A stretch of 64,000 bases of DNA, taken from the NCBI GenBank assembly GCA_964510535.1, contig CAZECG010000010.1, positions 3,027-67,026 on the forward strand, read 5' to 3'. Each line of letters starts with the position of its first letter. The stretch's first letter is position 1. Shown in pieces: positions 49,108-58,511 of the stretch. Made by a program: the position numbers and the translations under genes. The notes under the pieces were generated by a model. That model worked only from the letters and a program-made list of their open reading frames with translations. It was not told the origin of the DNA and ran no database searches. This stretch comes from an uncultured Muribaculaceae bacterium (GTDB taxonomy: Bacteria > Bacteroidota > Bacteroidia > Bacteroidales > Muribaculaceae).

Positions 49108-49982
49108 GCAAAACAGGAATTTGGATAGAGGCGATGAGACTGCGCACACTGCCGGTATCGGTCGCCGGAGTGGTCATGGGAACAGCCCTGACGATGATGT
49201 ACGGTGAATGTAAGACCCTACCCGCCACACTATGCCTCATCTTCGCCATTTTGGCGCAGATAGCGTCAAACTTCGCCAACGAATACTATGACTACAAGGC
49301 CGGACTTGACGCACCTGGCCGCGAAGGTCCGCGACGAGGGGTCACCGAGGGCGACATCAGCCCCAAAGCGATGAAAACGGCCACATTCATCACCCTCGGG
49401 CTCGCCTGCGTCACCGGCTGCTGCTTAGTGCCACCGGGAGAGTGGTGGCTTTATCTGGCAGGAGTGTTTATCGCACTCGGGGCACTAGCCTACAGCACCG
49501 GTCCCTACCCGCTGTCGCGCCATGGGCTGGGGGAAGTCGCCGTCTTTCTGTTTTTCGGCATAATCCCGGTCAACCTCACCTTTTATGTGCAGACACTGCA
49601 CTGGGACCTCACCGCACTGTTCGCTTCATTTTCCGTGGGGCTGATGGGCGCGAATGTGATAATCGTCAACAATTACCGCGACTGCGAAGCCGACCGCTCA
49701 GTCGGCAAGCGCACCCTCGCCGTCATACTCGGGCGCCGAACGTTGGCCGCGCTCTACCTGTTCAACGGATTCATTGCCGTGGCATTGATGCTCCCGCTGT
49801 GGTTGCTGCTCCCGCCGGTTAGCCGGATTGTCCCGGTGCTGTACTTGGTGGCGCACACCGCAATCTGGTGGCGTATGAGCCTCCTCGAAGGCCGCCGTCT
49901 CAACCCGCTGCTGGGGATGACGGCAATCGTCATGGCACTTTACGCCATAGGGACGCTAATCACCGCGATATCAATAATCTGA
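49104..49982 (+). CDS. menA: 1,4-dihydroxy-2-naphthoate polyprenyltransferase
   Basis: ORF 48945..49982 trimmed to ATG 49104 (ATGA overlap with the upstream stop). UbiA-family blocks 'NFANEYYDYKAG' and 'NNYRDCEADRSVGKRTLAV'. The N-terminus 'WIEAMRLRTLPVS' is MenA-like. Confidence 0.9.
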   Translation: MSKTGIWIEAMRLRTLPVSVAGVVMGTALTMMYGECKTLPATLCLIFAILAQIASNFANEYYDYKAGLDAPGREGPRRGVTEGDISPKAMKTATFITLGLACVTGCCLVPPGEWWLYLAGVFIALGALAYSTGPYPLSRHGLGEVAVFLFFGIIPVNLTFYVQTLHWDLTALFASFSVGLMGANVIIVNNYRDCEADRSVGKRTLAVILGRRTLAALYLFNGFIAVALMLPLWLLLPPVSRIVPVLYLVAHTAIWWRMSLLEGRRLNPLLGMTAIVMALYAIGTLITAISII

Positions 49983-49992
49983 ACGCTACATT

Positions 49993-51426
49993 ATGCCGAG
50001 ACCTCTGATTGAACTTAAAAGCGACCGCCTCTATTACAAGGGTATGTCGCTCGACAACCCCTACCACACCGCGATACCCGAAGGCCTCACAGTAATCGGG
50101 GGGCCTAACGGTTCGGGAAAGACCACCCTTGCCAACATAATCGCGTCAGGGTGGAACTTCCGCACCAATCTCATAACGTCGCCGCAAGGCAAACTTTCGG
50201 TCAGACTGCTGCAATTCACCGACATACACTCGTTGACCGGCGTTGGCACCGGATACTACCAACAGCGTTTCGAGTCATCAATGAACGACGACATCCCCAC
50301 TGTGGCCGAGGCACTCGGCGACGCAGTCAACACTCAGTCGTGGCGGCGGCTCACCGACCGACTAAGGTTGAACGACATCGGCAACAAACGCATCAACTAC
50401 CTGTCGAGCGGCGAGCTGCGAAAACTGCTTATCATAAACGCATTGACCCAGTCGCCCGACCTGCTGATTCTCGACAACCCCTACATAGGCCTCGACGAAG
50501 CGTCGAGAGCAATACTCGACGAAGCCATTAAAGAGCTTATAACCCAGGGGGTCAACATAATATTGCTATTGTGTAACCCCGGCGACCTGCCGACCGCCAC
50601 CGACACACTGATAACAATCGAGCAAGGCCGAATCAACCCTCCCGTCATCAACGACGGCAACGCCGAGACGCTGCGCCACCGTATGGCCATACTGATGGAC
50701 TACGCCATCGACGCCGAGGCCATTCCTCCCGCCCCCGTCTTGACCGACCGGCCGGCCGAAGTGGTGCTCAAGCTCGAACGCTGCGAAGTGAAGTATGGCC
50801 AACGCGTCATACTCAAAGATGTTGACTGGGAAATAAGGAAAGGGGAGCGTTGGGCATTGGCCGGGCCCAACGGCTCAGGGAAATCGACATTGCTAAGTCT
50901 CGTGCACGCCGACAACCCGCAGGGCTACTCCAACACCATCACCCTTTTTGACCGCCCTCGCGGAAGCGGCGAGACAATATGGGACATCAAGCGGCGCATC
51001 GGCTACATATCACCTGAGATGCATCTTTATTTCAACGGTGGCGGCAATGTGGAAACCATCGTGGCCCAGGGGCTTAACGACACAGTGGGGCTATATGTGA
51101 AAACGCTGCCCCACCAGCTCAAGCTCGCCCGTCAATGGCTCAAACTGTTTCACCTCGAACCCCTCGCCGACAGGCGTTTCAACACGCTGTCGAGCGGCGA
51201 ACAACGGATGGTGCTGATAGCGCGCACGCTAATAAAACAGCCGGAGCTTCTGATACTTGACGAGCCGCTCCACGGACTCGACTCGGCTCGCAAACGAGCC
51301 GTCAGAGCCGTCATCAACCACATCGCGTCGCGTCCCGAGCGGGTAATGTCGCTAATCTATGTGACCCACTACCGCCCCGAGGTGCCGGAGTGCGTGACCC
51401 ACACTAAAACGCTTTCACGGCTTTGA
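49993..51426 (+). CDS. Tandem-domain ABC ATPase without a transmembrane domain (ModF-like)
   Basis: 477 aa with two ABC modules: 'GGPNGSGKTT' / 'LSSGELRK' / 'LILDNP' and 'GPNGSGKST' / 'LSSGEQRM' / 'LILDEP'. Confidence 0.8.
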   Translation: MPRPLIELKSDRLYYKGMSLDNPYHTAIPEGLTVIGGPNGSGKTTLANIIASGWNFRTNLITSPQGKLSVRLLQFTDIHSLTGVGTGYYQQRFESSMNDDIPTVAEALGDAVNTQSWRRLTDRLRLNDIGNKRINYLSSGELRKLLIINALTQSPDLLILDNPYIGLDEASRAILDEAIKELITQGVNIILLLCNPGDLPTATDTLITIEQGRINPPVINDGNAETLRHRMAILMDYAIDAEAIPPAPVLTDRPAEVVLKLERCEVKYGQRVILKDVDWEIRKGERWALAGPNGSGKSTLLSLVHADNPQGYSNTITLFDRPRGSGETIWDIKRRIGYISPEMHLYFNGGGNVETIVAQGLNDTVGLYVKTLPHQLKLARQWLKLFHLEPLADRRFNTLSSGEQRMVLIARTLIKQPELLILDEPLHGLDSARKRAVRAVINHIASRPERVMSLIYVTHYRPEVPECVTHTKTLSRL

Positions 51427-51708
51427 GCCGCAGCGGCGATGCTTGCCGCCATGGTCGTTGCGCACCTTGATGTAAAAGACGATGAAACTCAACACCGCCG
51501 ACAGAGCGTTGCAAATCCACAGCGGGGGATTGTCGAGAAGCAACCCCTGAATGCAGAACCCCACGCTGCCGAGCGTTAGCATTGTGAACCCGGGGAGTGA
51601 AATGCCGTCGGTGTCGCGCGTTCTGATGGTGCGAATCGCTTGAGGCAGATAGCCAAATACCAAGCATATAGAAGCTGTGTAGCCAATGATTGAGGCGGTC
51701 AAATCCAT
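51415..51708 (-). CDS. SemiSWEET / PQ-loop family small transporter
   Basis: 97 aa with three TM helices and a 'YLPQAIRTIRTR' PQ-loop motif. The 3' end overlaps the convergent ABC ATPase gene by 12 nt. Confidence 0.7.
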   Translation of the reverse strand: MDLTASIIGYTASICLVFGYLPQAIRTIRTRDTDGISLPGFTMLTLGSVGFCIQGLLLDNPPLWICNALSAVLSFIVFYIKVRNDHGGKHRRCGSKP

Positions 51709-51929
51709 AATTGCGCTATCGTTAACGGTTGAGAATTTTAGCTTTATGATAAATGCAAAAGTAACAATTTTTGTTCAAACAACGCCCACGCTATTTCATC
51801 AACCCGCGTTAATCATGGGAGGAGAGGGGAATCGCGCTCCATTCCCACCGAATGATATGCAAAAAAAATGTCAGTACACCTGCGGGAATGGGTTACCATT
51901 TTTGAGGGGTATTGGTTAAATTCGCGGTC

Positions 51930-52772
51930 ATGAATAGCATTGAACTGAGCGAAAGCGAAATCCGCGAGATGCTCGACCGCGAGGGGGAGCGCATCAATTC
52001 TCCCCAATTCATCGAAGCTGACCCGGTGCAGTTTCCACGGCAATATGACGCGCAACAAGACATAGAGCTGGCGGCATTGCTGTCGGCCACAATCGCATGG
52101 GGCAACCGCAAGATGATATGCGCCAACTGCGCCAAAATGCTCGGGCTGATGGAGGGGCGACCCTATCATTTCGTTATGGATGGGGCTTATGAGGAACTAC
52201 CCAACGGGAACATCCACCGGACGTTTTTCGTCGATAATCTGCGCCATTATCTGCGCGCCTTCCGTTTGATATTCGCCCGTTACGGGTCATTAGAGGGGCT
52301 GGCACGCCATCTCCACATAGCCCAAAGCGAGTCGCCGGCGTGGAAACTTGTCGAGGGGATGAATGCAATTATCCGCGAGGCCAACGACGGACAGGCCGAC
52401 AGCCGCTGTCTGCCGCAAAATCTGGGGACGACAGCCCTAAAACGGGTCAATATGGCATTGCGATGGCTTGTCAGGGACGACGGCATCGTTGATATGGGAA
52501 TATGGGACGTCGTCAAGCCAAGCCAACTGTTCATACCGCTCGACGTTCACGTGGGCAACACCTCGCGCGACTTGGGGATGCTCACACGCCGGCAAGACGA
52601 CCGCCGCGCCGTCGAGGAGCTGACCGCTACACTGCGGCGCTTCCGGCCCGCCGACCCGACTTTCTATGATTACGCCCTGTTCGGATTAGGAATCGAGGGC
52701 AAAAAAGCTGAGGCCGCCTCAAAGGTGGCTGCATCGCGACAAGGGCATCACCATAAAGGAGAGAAAGCATAA
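51930..52772 (+). CDS. TIGR02757 (DUF2400) family protein
   Basis: ORF 51912..52772 uses a TTG start; ATG 51930 is preferred. 'FIEADPVQFPRQY...DIELAALLSATIAWGNRKMI' matches my recollection of this family. Confidence 0.65.
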   Translation: MNSIELSESEIREMLDREGERINSPQFIEADPVQFPRQYDAQQDIELAALLSATIAWGNRKMICANCAKMLGLMEGRPYHFVMDGAYEELPNGNIHRTFFVDNLRHYLRAFRLIFARYGSLEGLARHLHIAQSESPAWKLVEGMNAIIREANDGQADSRCLPQNLGTTALKRVNMALRWLVRDDGIVDMGIWDVVKPSQLFIPLDVHVGNTSRDLGMLTRRQDDRRAVEELTATLRRFRPADPTFYDYALFGLGIEGKKAEAASKVAASRQGHHHKGEKA

Positions 52773-52832
52773 TATCCACAAGCCCACTAATTGAGTGCCA
52801 CGCAAGTGATTGAACGGTAGCGGGCGAACTAA

Positions 52833-52863
52833 AGACGGGGCGCGCCGCTGGCGCGCCCCGTCT
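52833..52863. terminator. Bidirectional GC-rich hairpin terminator between convergent genes
   Basis: 13-bp stem agacggggcgcgc/gcgcgccccgtct with a 5-nt loop. Confidence 0.75.
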
Positions 52864-52896
52864 GATATGGGAGTTTTGCAATTGCTTCGCGAATTA

Positions 52897-53679
52897 CTAC
52901 AAGTCGGTGGGGACAGCCACAATCTTCATGTTGTTGTCGCGTATGAAACTCATGATGTTGTCGCGCACGTCTGACGGCTGTACATCGGCTTCGATGCGCC
53001 TCAAGGCGTTGAACACCGATGTGCCGCACTGGTAGACGTGTCGGTAGCTTTTAGCCACATCGTCAATCTGCTCCTCGGTGAAGCCGTGGCGGCGCATTAT
53101 ATAAGCATTGATGCCATAGTAGGCTGCCGGGTTATGCGCGATGATGACGTAAGGGGGAACATTTGAACCGATGCGGCATCCGCCTTTTATCAACACCCAA
53201 TCGCCGATTTTACAGCCCTCGTGGAGCATAGAGTTTGATGACAGGATTGAGCAATGCCCCACGACGGTGTCGCCGGCAATCATCGCACCGTTACCAATGA
53301 CGTTTTTGCCTTGAATCCAACTGTCATGACCGATATGGCTTTCAGCCATGATGAATGAATCGTTACCGATGCGCGTGCCTTGGCCTTCGCGAATGCTGCG
53401 GTTGATTATGACGTGTTCGCGGATGACGTTGTTATCGCCGATTAAACAAAACGTTTCTTCGCCTTTCCAACGGAAGTCTTGAGGGTCAGCCCCGATGATG
53501 GAGCCTTGATAGACCTTGTTGTTTTTCCCCATTCGGGTACCGCCGATAATGCTCGTATAGGACATTATCTCGCAATTATCGCCGATTTCGACATTAGCGT
53601 CGATGAAAGCGAAGGGGTGAATTGTCACATCTTTGCCGATTTTGGCAGAAGGGTCAATGTGGGCTAACGGACTAATCAT
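52897..53679 (-). CDS. lpxA: Acyl-ACP--UDP-N-acetylglucosamine O-acyltransferase
   Basis: 260 aa. Left-handed beta-helix hexapeptide repeats, catalytic-His block 'SHIGHDS' (compare E. coli AHIAHD), 'VPPYVI', and a helical C-terminal domain. Confidence 0.88.
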   Translation of the reverse strand: MISPLAHIDPSAKIGKDVTIHPFAFIDANVEIGDNCEIMSYTSIIGGTRMGKNNKVYQGSIIGADPQDFRWKGEETFCLIGDNNVIREHVIINRSIREGQGTRIGNDSFIMAESHIGHDSWIQGKNVIGNGAMIAGDTVVGHCSILSSNSMLHEGCKIGDWVLIKGGCRIGSNVPPYVIIAHNPAAYYGINAYIMRRHGFTEEQIDDVAKSYRHVYQCGTSVFNALRRIEADVQPSDVRDNIMSFIRDNNMKIVAVPTDL

Positions 53680-53715
53680 GGTTTTCTGTTTTATGTTAGG
53701 TAATCGACGCAGGGT

Positions 53716-55095
53716 TTAACGGCCACCGCCGAGCGACTGATACAAGTTTATAACAGCCTGGGATCTCGACAACCGGGTTGAGAGTTGAGAGATTTGCGCT
53801 CCGAGAAGGCCCTGCTGGGCTGTCAGCACTTCGAGATAAGTCGAAGTTCCCAAAGTTAATAATTCTTGGGTATATTCGACCGATTTTTCAAGATTTTCTA
53901 CTTGCCGGGCGAGATAGATCTCTTTCTCGGCACTCTTTTCATAGACTGTCATAGCGTCGCTGACTTCGGCCGATGCCGACAGCAAGGTGTACTTGAAGTT
54001 GTTCAACGCCTGCTCTTGTTGTGCCTTGGTAGCTTTCAGGCGGGCGATGTTGGCACCACGGGAGAATATTGGGATTGTGAGCGAAGCGGCAATTTGCGCG
54101 ACCCACTCGCCGGGATTCAACACCGTCGAGCCGAGCAAGTTGGTGAAACCGCCGTTGGCAGTGATGTTCAAGCCGGGATAGAAGTTGGCCCGCGCCTGAT
54201 TAGTGGCGTAATAGGCGGTGGCGAGAGCCTGCTCAGCCGCTCTGACGTCGGGACGCGCCGCGAGTTCCCGCATCGGAATGGCTTCGCGGAGCATTGTCGG
54301 GGACACAAGAGTCGCCTCGGGGCTAACCGCCCACTTCTGTGGAGTTGTGTTGAGCAACAGCGACAGAGTGTTGTTGACCTCGTCAATCGCCACCTCTAAA
54401 TCGGTAATCGATGCGAGAATACTGTAGTAATTGGCTTGGCTTTGCACGACAGCCGACTCGTTGAGACGACCGGCGAGTTTGAGGTTTTTCATTGTTTCGA
54501 CGCTCTCAGCCCACAGCTCGGCAGTCTCGCGGCTGAGTTTCAACTGAGCTTCGAGATTAGCCAAAGTGTAGTAGGTGTTTGCCACGGCGGCGATGATTTG
54601 CGAACGTGCCGCCTGGTGGTAAGCCTCGCTCTGGAGCACCGCTGCCTTGGCGCCGCGCTTGGTGTTGAGCAGCTTGCCGAAGATGTCAACCTCCCACGAC
54701 ACTGATGCCGGAAGTTGGTAGGTGTAACCCATCTTGCTGCCTGCGTACGACACGCCTGCTCCGTTTGGGGCGAGTGCCAACGACGGGAAGAAGCTCAATT
54801 TAGCGCCTTTGAGCTGAGCTTGAGCTATGTCGACGTTGAGTTTAGCGTTCTGCAAGTTGGTGTTGTTGACCAACGCGCGGTTGATAAGGTCGGCCAATAC
54901 CGGGTCGGTGAACACCTGCTCCCAGCGCAAGTTGCCGAAAGCGGTCGTGTCGGCCACGGCTTGGCGAGCTTTCACATATTCCTCGGTCAGCGCGCTGTCC
55001 TGAGGCATCTCAAATTTTTTGTAGAGGTTGCAACTGCCGAGCATAATCACGCCCAAGGCCACCGCCGCAACTCTTGCCATATATTTAATTTTCAT
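53716..55095 (-). CDS. Efflux transporter outer-membrane factor lipoprotein (TolC/NodT family)
   Basis: 459 aa. Lipoprotein signal 'GVIMLGSCN' and two TolC-like repeat halves. Lies downstream of the RND pump. Confidence 0.88.
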   Translation of the reverse strand: MKIKYMARVAAVALGVIMLGSCNLYKKFEMPQDSALTEEYVKARQAVADTTAFGNLRWEQVFTDPVLADLINRALVNNTNLQNAKLNVDIAQAQLKGAKLSFFPSLALAPNGAGVSYAGSKMGYTYQLPASVSWEVDIFGKLLNTKRGAKAAVLQSEAYHQAARSQIIAAVANTYYTLANLEAQLKLSRETAELWAESVETMKNLKLAGRLNESAVVQSQANYYSILASITDLEVAIDEVNNTLSLLLNTTPQKWAVSPEATLVSPTMLREAIPMRELAARPDVRAAEQALATAYYATNQARANFYPGLNITANGGFTNLLGSTVLNPGEWVAQIAASLTIPIFSRGANIARLKATKAQQEQALNNFKYTLLSASAEVSDAMTVYEKSAEKEIYLARQVENLEKSVEYTQELLTLGTSTYLEVLTAQQGLLGAQISQLSTRLSRSQAVINLYQSLGGGR

Positions 55096-55121
55096 CGTTA
55101 AGTCAGTATCTGAATGAATGA

Positions 55122-58100
55122 TTAATGGGAGTATTGCTCAATCTCGGCCTCGATGCCGCTGTTGTCGGTGTCTTTCCACTTAATCGGGGTAATCTTTTCC
55201 TGAATCTTCTGGAAGATGACAAACAGGGCGGGGACAAAGAGCACCTGGAGCACCATACCTATCAACATACCGCCGATAGAGCCGCTACCGAGCGCGCGGT
55301 TACCGTTGGCACCCACACCTGTTGCGAGCATCATGGGCAACAGACCGATAATCAAGGCGAGCGAGGTCATCAGAATCGGGCGCAGACGGGCACTTGCGCC
55401 TGCGATTGCCGCGTTGATGATTGACATACCGGTGCGACGGCGGTCGAGCGCGAACTCAACAATCAAGATGGCGTTCTTTGCCAACAGACCGATAAGCATA
55501 ATCAAGGCAATCTGAAGGTAGATGTTGTTGGTGATGTCGAATATTGACGCGAATATGAACGTTCCCATCAGACCGAAAGGTATCGAGAAAATCACGGCGA
55601 ACGGGAGGATATAGCTTTCATACTGTGCCGACAGCAAGAGATATACAAATAGCAGACAGAGACCGAAGATTATGACGGTCGCGCTACCCGATGATGAGCT
55701 TTCCTCACGGGTCATACCGGCATACTCGTAGGTGAAACCCGCCGGGAGCGTCTCCGCGGCTACTCGTTCGATAGCTTTCAGAGCGTCGCCTGAAGAATAA
55801 CCGTCGGCGGGCGAGCCTGTCACGGCGATTGACTGGAACATATTGAAACGTGTGAGCAGGTCAGGGCCGTAAACGCGCTTGAGCGTCACGAAGTTGCTCA
55901 ACGAAGCCATTTCAGCCCCGTTGCGCACCTTGATGGATGCGAGTGTCTCGGGTGAAACACGGGCCTCTGGAGAAGCCTGCATCATCACGCGGTAAATCTT
56001 ACCGAAACGGTTGAAGTTTGACACATACATACCGCCATAATAGCCCTGGAGTGTCGACAGAATCGTCTGCGGGCTGATGCCAGCCTGCTTAGCTTTCGCG
56101 GCGTCGATGTCGACCATATACTGAGGGAATGTGGGGTTGAATGTCGAGTAAGCCACTGAAATCTCGGGTTGTGCGTTGAGCTTGCCGAGGAACTGCTGCA
56201 CGATGCCGAAGAAGTTGTTGATGTCGCCGCCGGTGCGATCCTGCATCTTCAGCTCAAAACCGTTGGTCATCGAGTAGCCTGAAATCATCGGTGGCGCGAA
56301 CGCAACCACGCGGCCATCTTTAACCTGCGGTGTCACTTTGGCGTAAATCTGAGCCAAGACTTTGTTGACATCATCCTCACGGTCATCCCAGTGATGGAGC
56401 TTGACGATGAATGTACCGTAGGTCGCGCCTTGTCCGGCAAGGAAGCTGTAGCCTGCTATCATCTGGCTATATTCCACAGCGGGAATCTGCCGAACCAGAC
56501 TGTCAACCTTGTCAAGCACTTCCAGGGTGCGCTCCTGAGATGTGCCCGGGGGCATATCGACCATCACAAATAATATACCGGTGTCTTCATTTGGCACGAG
56601 AGCGGTCGGACGACGGCTCATGAGGACGACGAGAACAATGATGGCCACAGCCACGATTGCAAACGATGTGATTTTGTGGTTGATGAAGAATCCGACATAT
56701 TTCTTATAATGGGTGAGAATTTTCTCATAACCTTCGTTGAATCCCTTGTGGAAACGGGGCGTGAAAATGCCCATTATCGTCACAACGGCTGTCGCAGCTG
56801 CGATGACACACTTCCATGGTGTCTCAAAGCTGTACCACCCCAACACCATGAATGTGATGGTTGCCACGAGGAAAATGAGGGTGATGGCGGGACGTATGTC
56901 AAGGTGGAAGGCCTTTTTATAACGTTTCTTCATGACTTCACCTGCCGCTGAATAAGCTTCGCCCATGCGCTCTTTAAGGCTTGAATCGCTATTGTGGGCT
57001 TTAAGCAACACGGCGCAGAGAGCCGGCGACAGGGTCAAGGCGTTGATAGCGGAGAATAAGATGGCTATAGCCATTGTCAGACCAAACTGGCGGTAGAACA
57101 CGCCCGAAGTGCCGGGCATGAACGACACCGGGATAAACACCAGCATCATGACAAGCGTGATTGAAACGAGCGCGCCCGCAATCTCGCTCATGGCATCAAT
57201 CGAGGCTTTGCGGGCATTCTGATAGCCCACGTCGAGCTTGGCGTGGACCGCCTCGACGACCACAATCGCGTCATCGACCACAATCGCGATGGCAAGCACC
57301 AAAGCCGAGAGGGTGATGAGGTTTATCGAGAACCCAATCATCTTCAACATGAAGAATGTACCAATCAAGGCGACAGGGATAGCGATTGCGGGTATTAGCG
57401 TAGAGCGGAAATCCTGCAAGAAAACATACACGACGAAGAACACGAGCACAAACGCCTCGATGAGGGTTTTGACCACCTCATGAATCGAAGCGTAGAGGAA
57501 GTCGTTGTTGTTCATCGGAATCGCGAATTCCAATCCGTCGGGGAGGTCTTTGCTCATCTTGTCGACAAGAGCCACGCAGTCGTTGATAATCTGCGTAGCG
57601 TTAGATCCGGCGGTCTGGAACACGATAGCCATGGTGGCGGGGTTTCCGTTGAGCGTGTCGTGGAAGCCGTAGGTCACCTTGCCAAGTTCAATTTCAGCCA
57701 CATCCTTGAGATAAAGCACCTCTCCGTTCTCGGTGGCTCGGACTACGATGTCGCCAAACTCCTCGGGGGTTTCAAGACGGCCTTTATATTTCAAAGTGTA
57801 TTGGAACGACTGGTTGCCCTGCTCGCCGAAAGCGCCGGGGGCTGCCTCGATATTCTGCTCGGCAAGAGCTGCCGCGACGTCCGACGGCATCAGCCCATAC
57901 TGACCCATTACGTCGGGTTTGAGCCATATACGCATCGAATAGTCGGCACCGAACGACATCACGTCACCCACACCCTTCACGCGTTGAAGCTCGGGGATGA
58001 CGTTAATCTTCATGTAGTTGTCAAGGAATACCTCGTCATATTCGTCGCTGGTCGAATAGAGAGCCACACCCATGAGCATTGATGTCTGGCGTTTTTTTGT

Positions 58101-58487
58101 GATGACACCCACTTGTGTCACCTCGGCGGGGAGTAGGTTTTGGGCTTTAGCGACGCGGTTTTGCACATCGACAGCTGCCATATCGGGGTCGAATCCCTGC
58201 TCGAAATAGATGCTTATGTCGGCCGAGCCGGTGTTGGTAGCGGTCGATTCCATGTAGGTCATGCCCTCGGCTCCGTTGATAGACTCCTCAAGAGGAGCGA
58301 TAACCGAGTTAAGCACGGCCTGGGCATTGGCGCCGGTATAGGTTGTCGACACCGAGATTGTAGGAGGCGCGATATCGGGATACTGAGTGATGGGGAGAGA
58401 GAAAAGTCCCAATATACCCAGCAGGACAATAAATATTGATATAACCGTCGACAGGACAGGGCGGTTAATAAAATTATCAAGTTTCAT
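55122..58487 (-). CDS. RND efflux permease (AcrB/BmeB family) with an extra hydrophobic insertion
   Basis: 1121 aa. 'AIAIVVDDAIVVVE' TM4 motif, two large periplasmic loops and a C-terminal repeat half. Roughly 70 aa longer than AcrB. Confidence 0.93.
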   Translation of the reverse strand: MKLDNFINRPVLSTVISIFIVLLGILGLFSLPITQYPDIAPPTISVSTTYTGANAQAVLNSVIAPLEESINGAEGMTYMESTATNTGSADISIYFEQGFDPDMAAVDVQNRVAKAQNLLPAEVTQVGVITKKRQTSMLMGVALYSTSDEYDEVFLDNYMKINVIPELQRVKGVGDVMSFGADYSMRIWLKPDVMGQYGLMPSDVAAALAEQNIEAAPGAFGEQGNQSFQYTLKYKGRLETPEEFGDIVVRATENGEVLYLKDVAEIELGKVTYGFHDTLNGNPATMAIVFQTAGSNATQIINDCVALVDKMSKDLPDGLEFAIPMNNNDFLYASIHEVVKTLIEAFVLVFFVVYVFLQDFRSTLIPAIAIPVALIGTFFMLKMIGFSINLITLSALVLAIAIVVDDAIVVVEAVHAKLDVGYQNARKASIDAMSEIAGALVSITLVMMLVFIPVSFMPGTSGVFYRQFGLTMAIAILFSAINALTLSPALCAVLLKAHNSDSSLKERMGEAYSAAGEVMKKRYKKAFHLDIRPAITLIFLVATITFMVLGWYSFETPWKCVIAAATAVVTIMGIFTPRFHKGFNEGYEKILTHYKKYVGFFINHKITSFAIVAVAIIVLVVLMSRRPTALVPNEDTGILFVMVDMPPGTSQERTLEVLDKVDSLVRQIPAVEYSQMIAGYSFLAGQGATYGTFIVKLHHWDDREDDVNKVLAQIYAKVTPQVKDGRVVAFAPPMISGYSMTNGFELKMQDRTGGDINNFFGIVQQFLGKLNAQPEISVAYSTFNPTFPQYMVDIDAAKAKQAGISPQTILSTLQGYYGGMYVSNFNRFGKIYRVMMQASPEARVSPETLASIKVRNGAEMASLSNFVTLKRVYGPDLLTRFNMFQSIAVTGSPADGYSSGDALKAIERVAAETLPAGFTYEYAGMTREESSSSGSATVIIFGLCLLFVYLLLSAQYESYILPFAVIFSIPFGLMGTFIFASIFDITNNIYLQIALIMLIGLLAKNAILIVEFALDRRRTGMSIINAAIAGASARLRPILMTSLALIIGLLPMMLATGVGANGNRALGSGSIGGMLIGMVLQVLFVPALFVIFQKIQEKITPIKWKDTDNSGIEAEIEQYSH

Positions 58488-58511
58488 CGTGGTTATGTGA
58501 TGATTGGATTG

